Virus record (IMG/VR): IMGVR_UViG_3300020046_003652
Span: 1 to 64,000 of that record
Reading direction: 5' to 3' (one strand)
Origin: a virus
Lineage: Duplodnaviria; Caudoviricetes
Length of the DNA stretch: 64,000 nucleotides
How positions within the stretch are numbered: the first letter of the stretch is position 1; each line of letters starts with the position of its first letter. The position numbers and the translations under genes were made by a program. The notes under the pieces are model-generated. The model had not been told where the DNA came from. It ran no database searches and saw only the letters and a program-made list of their open reading frames with translations. Below, one piece after another: positions 58,943 through 64,000 of the stretch.

Positions 58943-60485
58943 CTGTATTCTCCTCTGTAAAATATTCAGGTGCAATTTCTTCAAACTGTTTTCCTGTTGC
59001 CCAAGTAATTGCAGTTCTTAATATTTCTCTTCCCTTTGCTGTAATAAACTCTGCGCATTTTGGACTATTAAAAGAAAGTCCTGTCGCCCCGTAGAATCCG
59101 TAAAAGCTGTTTAATATTCCTTTGGCTGCGGTATCCATATCTTTATAGTGTTGAAGTCCGGTTTCTGCTGCAAGTCTTTTGTACTCTAGTCTGTTCTTTT
59201 TGAATTCCTTAACCAATGTTAATAGGTAAGCATTTGGATCTTTTTCTTTATCATATACTTCATGTGCAATTATTATCGATGGGTACATAGCAGCACAATC
59301 AAATTTTGCTACGTTATCATAAATACCTGCTCTCCCCCAACTCAAAGCGCCCTCAAACTTGTTTGTTTCTGATGCTTTAGGTAAAGAGTGCCCTTGTTGT
59401 AAATATGCTCGCATCATCATTGAATTGATTTGACTACCAGACGCAGTTAACAATACTTTACTAAATGATTTGGGGACCATCTGACTAGTATAGAAGAACA
59501 GGCTACCCATTAGATCCCAAAGCTTAATTGCATCATCTGCATCGTCTTTACAATATTCCTTAATCTTTCTAAATTCTTCTGGATCTTTGTATTTGAATCT
59601 TATTTGACTTGCATCGTAAAAGGTACGTCCAGGTGTTTCTAGCCCAAGCTGCGCAATTAACGATTTTAATCCGTATGATTCCATTGCTCTTGCTACATCA
59701 TATTTAATAGCAAGAAAATAAGTATCTACTATCTCTCTTCCAAATATAGAGGCTTCATGATAATGAAGATCTCTTGTTCCATCCAATCTAAAATTTGACT
59801 CACGACTTGAAAACTTTATTTCTGACCCATCTCTTCCCCAATTCAAAGAAGTACCATTATCTTGTGCTATCTGTGCTAAATATGGTAAATCAAATGCTAT
59901 TAGATTATGTCCAATAATTAATGCTGGGTTGTAGAGCTGTACATGACTATTCATTGCTTCTATTAATTCTTTAGGAGAAGGGTATTCGTCATATGCATAG
60001 AATTTTTTAATAGTAACATCTTTGAATCTAAATGTTGTAGATAAACAAAGAACCATGGCATCTTCATTTAATGGATCTAACCCTGTTGTTTCTATGTCTA
60101 GAGATAGTAAAGATACATCTTTTGGATGCATTCCTTTAAAATAAGAAATTCCATCTTTAATCATTGCTGATTCTTTTTCATTCCATACCGTAGTAATATC
60201 ATTATTCTTTTTAAATATAGCTCTAAACTTTTGAAAATCTTGTCTAGATGTGTATTGTTTTCCCCATTTATAATGTAAATCACCTTTAAGTCTAACCCAA
60301 TCTCTTTGTACTTGTTTGTCAGATAATAACCAATATTTATTAGGTTCTATCTTAGTTTCAACAGTACCATCTTCATTTTGAATGAATAATTCAATATTAG
60401 AACCGTCTTCATGATCAACAACTTCCAACCCTACGACTTTTTCAAATTGATTCTTACCGAAAATCAAGGGATCATAAAGACTCAT
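58923..60485 (-). CDS. Family-B DNA polymerase, N-terminal (3'-5' exonuclease and motifs A/B) subunit
   Basis: LDIETTG, GHNLIAFDLPYL, YCKDDA, KFDCAAMYPSII, KGILNSFYG; likely start MSLYDP. Confidence 0.92.
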   Translation of the reverse strand: MSLYDPLIFGKNQFEKVVGLEVVDHEDGSNIELFIQNEDGTVETKIEPNKYWLLSDKQVQRDWVRLKGDLHYKWGKQYTSRQDFQKFRAIFKKNNDITTVWNEKESAMIKDGISYFKGMHPKDVSLLSLDIETTGLDPLNEDAMVLCLSTTFRFKDVTIKKFYAYDEYPSPKELIEAMNSHVQLYNPALIIGHNLIAFDLPYLAQIAQDNGTSLNWGRDGSEIKFSSRESNFRLDGTRDLHYHEASIFGREIVDTYFLAIKYDVARAMESYGLKSLIAQLGLETPGRTFYDASQIRFKYKDPEEFRKIKEYCKDDADDAIKLWDLMGSLFFYTSQMVPKSFSKVLLTASGSQINSMMMRAYLQQGHSLPKASETNKFEGALSWGRAGIYDNVAKFDCAAMYPSIIIAHEVYDKEKDPNAYLLTLVKEFKKNRLEYKRLAAETGLQHYKDMDTAAKGILNSFYGFYGATGLSFNSPKCAEFITAKGREILRTAITWATGKQFEEIAPEYFTEENTDDTEET

Positions 60486-61424
60486 AATAATTCTCCCTAA
60501 ATGGAAGAGAACTTGACCATCTATCAAAATATGTATTATAGTAAGAAATAAAATTTAGGCTATGTTCGAATCTATCATCTTTATCGTACAGTTTGAAACC
60601 TAATATTAAGTTATTACGAAAAGATTTTATTCCTATTTTCATAAAACAACCTCAATCCAATCTATATGACAGGAATACTCGTCATCGAATATACCATCAT
60701 ATCTACCTATGTATCCGTATAAATCCCAAGCACACATATGAATATTCTTTCTTTTTAAGTATACAAGATATATGTAATTAGGTCCAGCACTAATTCCTAG
60801 TTTCATAATATATTATATCTATCTTTTCCTATTGGTTTTGTACTTGACCAACAATCAATTGAAGCATTATTATGTATAAACGTTAAGGTAAAGTTTCTTC
60901 CATAATTAGGATACATAATTTCATAAACTAATACTTTAAAGTCCAATTCTTCACTGAACATGGCATGTCTATATTTAGTTCCTATATTCATTAAACTCCA
61001 CCTATGTTAGTAATAATTCCTGAATACTTAATTATTCCTCCAGCAGTTGAAGTTATATTTGAATTTGCTGATAAATAAACAAATGCATTGGGTTTATTAG
61101 AATAGGCAATATACTTCCCATTTTCAAAATTATTATAACTTATTGGGGTTACATGAAAACCATCGCTACCATAACTAAACCATTCGCTAGGTTTATTGAT
61201 AGGATTATAATATATTAACATATGGTTGTCTATAAAATTTAATAAATATGTCATAATATCTTTTTATTTGTACTATCTCTTACGTGTTGTTTTGCTAATA
61301 ACTTAGATGAGAAAAACCAAAGGAAGTTATCAATATGTAAATGATCTCCGAGTATTGCTCTTTTGTTTTTATGAAAATAAAAATCTAAATAATCATTTAT
61401 TATTGTAGTTTTGACTATAACCAT
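60472..61424 (-). other. Micro-ORF chain: 61251-61424, 60991-61254, 60803-60991, 60639-60806, 60472-60642
   Basis: Hand translation plus ORF track; TTATGA junctions. Confidence 0.85.
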
Positions 61425-61426
61425 TA

Positions 61427-61765
61427 CTAATTACCTTCATCTTTATTCTTAGGTATAGATACAGCACTAAGTCTTTGTTCTTCTTCAGTAACTTCTTTTA
61501 CTATTTCAACTGTAATAACATTATTCTTCTTAACAGCTCTAGATATAGTCAAAGCATCATCTGATAAATAAATGTATTCATCGTCTATTTCTAACATATA
61601 TCCAGCAGCTACTAAAGGAATTAAGGCATTATCAGTTGCAGCCATTGGACCAGAACATACAATCTCAACTAATTCACCTATAAACGATAAATAGAATACA
61701 TTGTGAATACTAGTACTATTTTGACTTACTTGTTCTTCTTTTGTTTTCTTTTTAATTTTAGCCAT
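61427..61765 (-). CDS. Hypothetical protein, possible Sm-like fold
   Basis: FIGELVEIV...AGYMLEIDDEYIYL pattern. Confidence 0.45.
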   Translation of the reverse strand: MAKIKKKTKEEQVSQNSTSIHNVFYLSFIGELVEIVCSGPMAATDNALIPLVAAGYMLEIDDEYIYLSDDALTISRAVKKNNVITVEIVKEVTEEEQRLSAVSIPKNKDEGN

Positions 61766-61773
61766 AACTTCCT

Positions 61774-61923
61774 TTATAATATTCTATCATCTTTTGTATT
61801 AAATTCGACATCGGAATTTATTTGAATGAAATGTTCAACTTCATTGTGTGAATTCATATGAATAACTATTACTAAGTCTTTATTAACCGAAATCCACATA
61901 TTTGTTCTATATATACTTATCAT
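61774..61923 (-). CDS. Micro-ORF (49 aa)
   Basis: MISIYRTNMWISVNKDLV...DRIL. Confidence 0.7.
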   Translation of the reverse strand: MISIYRTNMWISVNKDLVIVIHMNSHNEVEHFIQINSDVEFNTKDDRIL

Positions 61924-63885
61924 TTAGTTCCATCCAGTGTCCTCTTTTGATTCTTTTTCTTCTTGTGCTTTTCTATTACGTACTTGTTTTAAATGATCAA
62001 TTTGAAATTCGTCTAATTGATAAATTTCTCCTGTAGCTCCTGACCATCCTAAATCTAATGTGAATAATTCTCCCATTCGATTCTTTAAACATTTAATAGT
62101 AATGAACTGATCGTCTTCTGGATGTCTTGGATCATACCCTGGTCTAGACATACCTAAAATTATACTCAGGGCCTGCTCCGACGAACTAGAACCCTTCAAA
62201 TTTCTATATGACTTCAATTCATCTGCTGGAGTACCTGCCATTTTATTTGGCTGCAATAGTACAATGATACAAATATTTAACTTAGTGGCTATTTCTCTAA
62301 GTTTTTGGGCAACTTGTGCACTTCCTGCAGTCATATCAGCAAAATCAGTTAATACTAGTTCACTGTAATCTACTACTGCTAATCTTAGTTTTTTCCCTGT
62401 CTTTTCTTCTGTATATTTAATAGTTTTTTCTATGTTTTCTGGAGTCATTCCAGTTTTAAAACAAAAGTCAACATTCTGATATTCTTTTTTTAATACATCT
62501 ACTACTTTTTTCTGAAAATTAACATCGCCATTTTTAAATTTTTCAAATATTTCTTTATCTGATACTTTTAAATGTTTTTGTACTAACTTTTGAAACACTA
62601 AAGCATGATACATATCAAAACTAAAGAAAATAGATTGTTCGTTAGTATTAGACATATTATTCAAAATCTGTAATGATAATGTGGTCTTGCCAACCCCTGG
62701 TCCTGCGACAACTCCTACAGTCATTCCGATTGTCATTCGTGCTTTTTCATCTAAAGGTTTAATTCCTGTTTTAATAGTTAATTTATCAATATTAACTGCA
62801 TAATCTTTAAACATATCAAACGCTGAATCTATGGATATAGTAGGTTCTTCATCTGTATCATTAGGATCAATGCCTATTCTTTTACTATACTGTTGTAACC
62901 AAACGTTATTTTTAATACTATATGAACCTCCATTCCATTTATCGCTATACACGGTATATAGTATATTACTATCTAAATCTTCAACTGGAGGTTTTTTAGT
63001 ATTAGCTTGGAATTTCTCATCAAAAGTTATACATAATGCTCTAGTCATCTCTTCTGGATAGCCCAAACCTTTGCAAGTTGCTGCAATAACCATTAAAGCT
63101 TCGTGTCTTTCTGATTCTTTAACTTGAACAGCATTTAATAGTGCCCATTTATAGTCAGGCCAATGTCTAGGCTTATTACTTAAAGATAAACTAGTTACTG
63201 GAGTTACTACTTGTTTTTCTGGAACAACTTCTTCTTTAAAGTATTCTTCTGATATCTCAGTATTTCCCCAATTAAACTCACTAGTTACATTATTAATATC
63301 TTTTGCTAATACTTTAATCTTATCCATAGACAAGGTACTAAGCTGTTGTACTGTCAATGGAATCTTGTACAATCCTGTTTTATTCATCGTCCAAGGTACT
63401 CTTAAAATTTGACTTGCATCAAAAAGTGATGTGTCAAAAGTTTGTAATCCTTGAGCAAACTTAGTCGCTGCTAATTGAGTTTGTCTTGGAGTTAATTCTT
63501 TGTTTAAAGTGATGATAACATGAAATCCTTTATTACCAGAATAATAGGCTTCTATGTCTTTTTCTTTTATTCCTTGAGTAATGAATCGTTTACATAGCTC
63601 TTGTGCATCTTTCTTAGCATTATCTGGAGTTTTTTCATCGTCAAAATCAAATACTAGCTTATTAGTTTTAACGTCTGTCACTCCACGTAATGAACCTTTT
63701 TCTTTTAGAATCTTAACATGATTATCGTTGTAATAATATACACTCTGATACCAGTCAGTGTTAATACCTGACTTATCATTTTCAATAACGTCTACTACTT
63801 TATTAGGTTCAACTAAAGTAGGAAGTCCAGATAAACCTTTTTTAAGTACTACATATTTATTGTTTGTATTAGACATATTGTTCAT
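61924..63885 (-). CDS. AEP (PrimPol-type) primase fused to a DnaB-like SF4 helicase
   Basis: FDFDD, YSGNKGFHV; GPGVGKT, AVVDYSE, LLQPNK, KNRMG. Confidence 0.88.
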   Translation of the reverse strand: MNNMSNTNNKYVVLKKGLSGLPTLVEPNKVVDVIENDKSGINTDWYQSVYYYNDNHVKILKEKGSLRGVTDVKTNKLVFDFDDEKTPDNAKKDAQELCKRFITQGIKEKDIEAYYSGNKGFHVIITLNKELTPRQTQLAATKFAQGLQTFDTSLFDASQILRVPWTMNKTGLYKIPLTVQQLSTLSMDKIKVLAKDINNVTSEFNWGNTEISEEYFKEEVVPEKQVVTPVTSLSLSNKPRHWPDYKWALLNAVQVKESERHEALMVIAATCKGLGYPEEMTRALCITFDEKFQANTKKPPVEDLDSNILYTVYSDKWNGGSYSIKNNVWLQQYSKRIGIDPNDTDEEPTISIDSAFDMFKDYAVNIDKLTIKTGIKPLDEKARMTIGMTVGVVAGPGVGKTTLSLQILNNMSNTNEQSIFFSFDMYHALVFQKLVQKHLKVSDKEIFEKFKNGDVNFQKKVVDVLKKEYQNVDFCFKTGMTPENIEKTIKYTEEKTGKKLRLAVVDYSELVLTDFADMTAGSAQVAQKLREIATKLNICIIVLLQPNKMAGTPADELKSYRNLKGSSSSEQALSIILGMSRPGYDPRHPEDDQFITIKCLKNRMGELFTLDLGWSGATGEIYQLDEFQIDHLKQVRNRKAQEEKESKEDTGWN

Positions 63886-63903
63886 GTGTTCCTTTTTCTT
63901 TTT

Positions 63904-63932
63904 AGTGTATCAAATTATTATAACAAAGTCAA
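63904..63932 (-). promoter_or_regulatory. sigma70-type promoter
   Basis: TTGACT-17bp-TACACT upstream of the primase-helicase. Confidence 0.75.
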
Positions 63933-64000
63933 TGTTGAATATTCTAGTCCATTCCATGTGAATAGTCCTCCTAGAGTCCCTATATGTGCATACGGAAATA

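Overview
This is an AT-rich tailed-phage genome segment using the standard genetic code, with Shine-Dalgarno sites and sigma70-type early promoters; the host cannot be determined from the sequence. The + strand late region (~9.2-44.8 kb) encodes putative TerS, TerL, portal, scaffold, major capsid, fibre proteins, an adaptor, a 1430-aa nozzle-like protein and ejection-type proteins. No tape measure or sheath gene is evident, so the layout is podovirus-like. The - strand arm (~44.7-63.9 kb) encodes an AEP primase-helicase fusion, a two-gene split family-B DNA polymerase, a MoxR-type AAA/vWA pair, a metallophosphoesterase, a dATP/dGTP diphosphohydrolase, a membrane-anchored ClpP-like protease and lysis-like genes. 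The most striking feature is largely invisible to the ORF track. About 65 hand-translated micro-ORFs (38-87 aa, aromatic-rich, several clearly paralogous) fill almost every apparent gap. They form translationally coupled chains joined by Leu/Ile-TGA/ATG overlaps on both arms, and also occur as antisense cassettes inside the late region. Other notable features are a ~350-nt promoter-driven structured non-coding region, a recurrent TAACAACT putative late promoter, a consensus antisense promoter facing the scaffold gene, and a Hint self-cleavage domain in an ejection-type protein. No tRNA, CRISPR array, integrase or reverse transcriptase was seen. All translations and counts outside the ORF track were done by hand, and no database searches were run.
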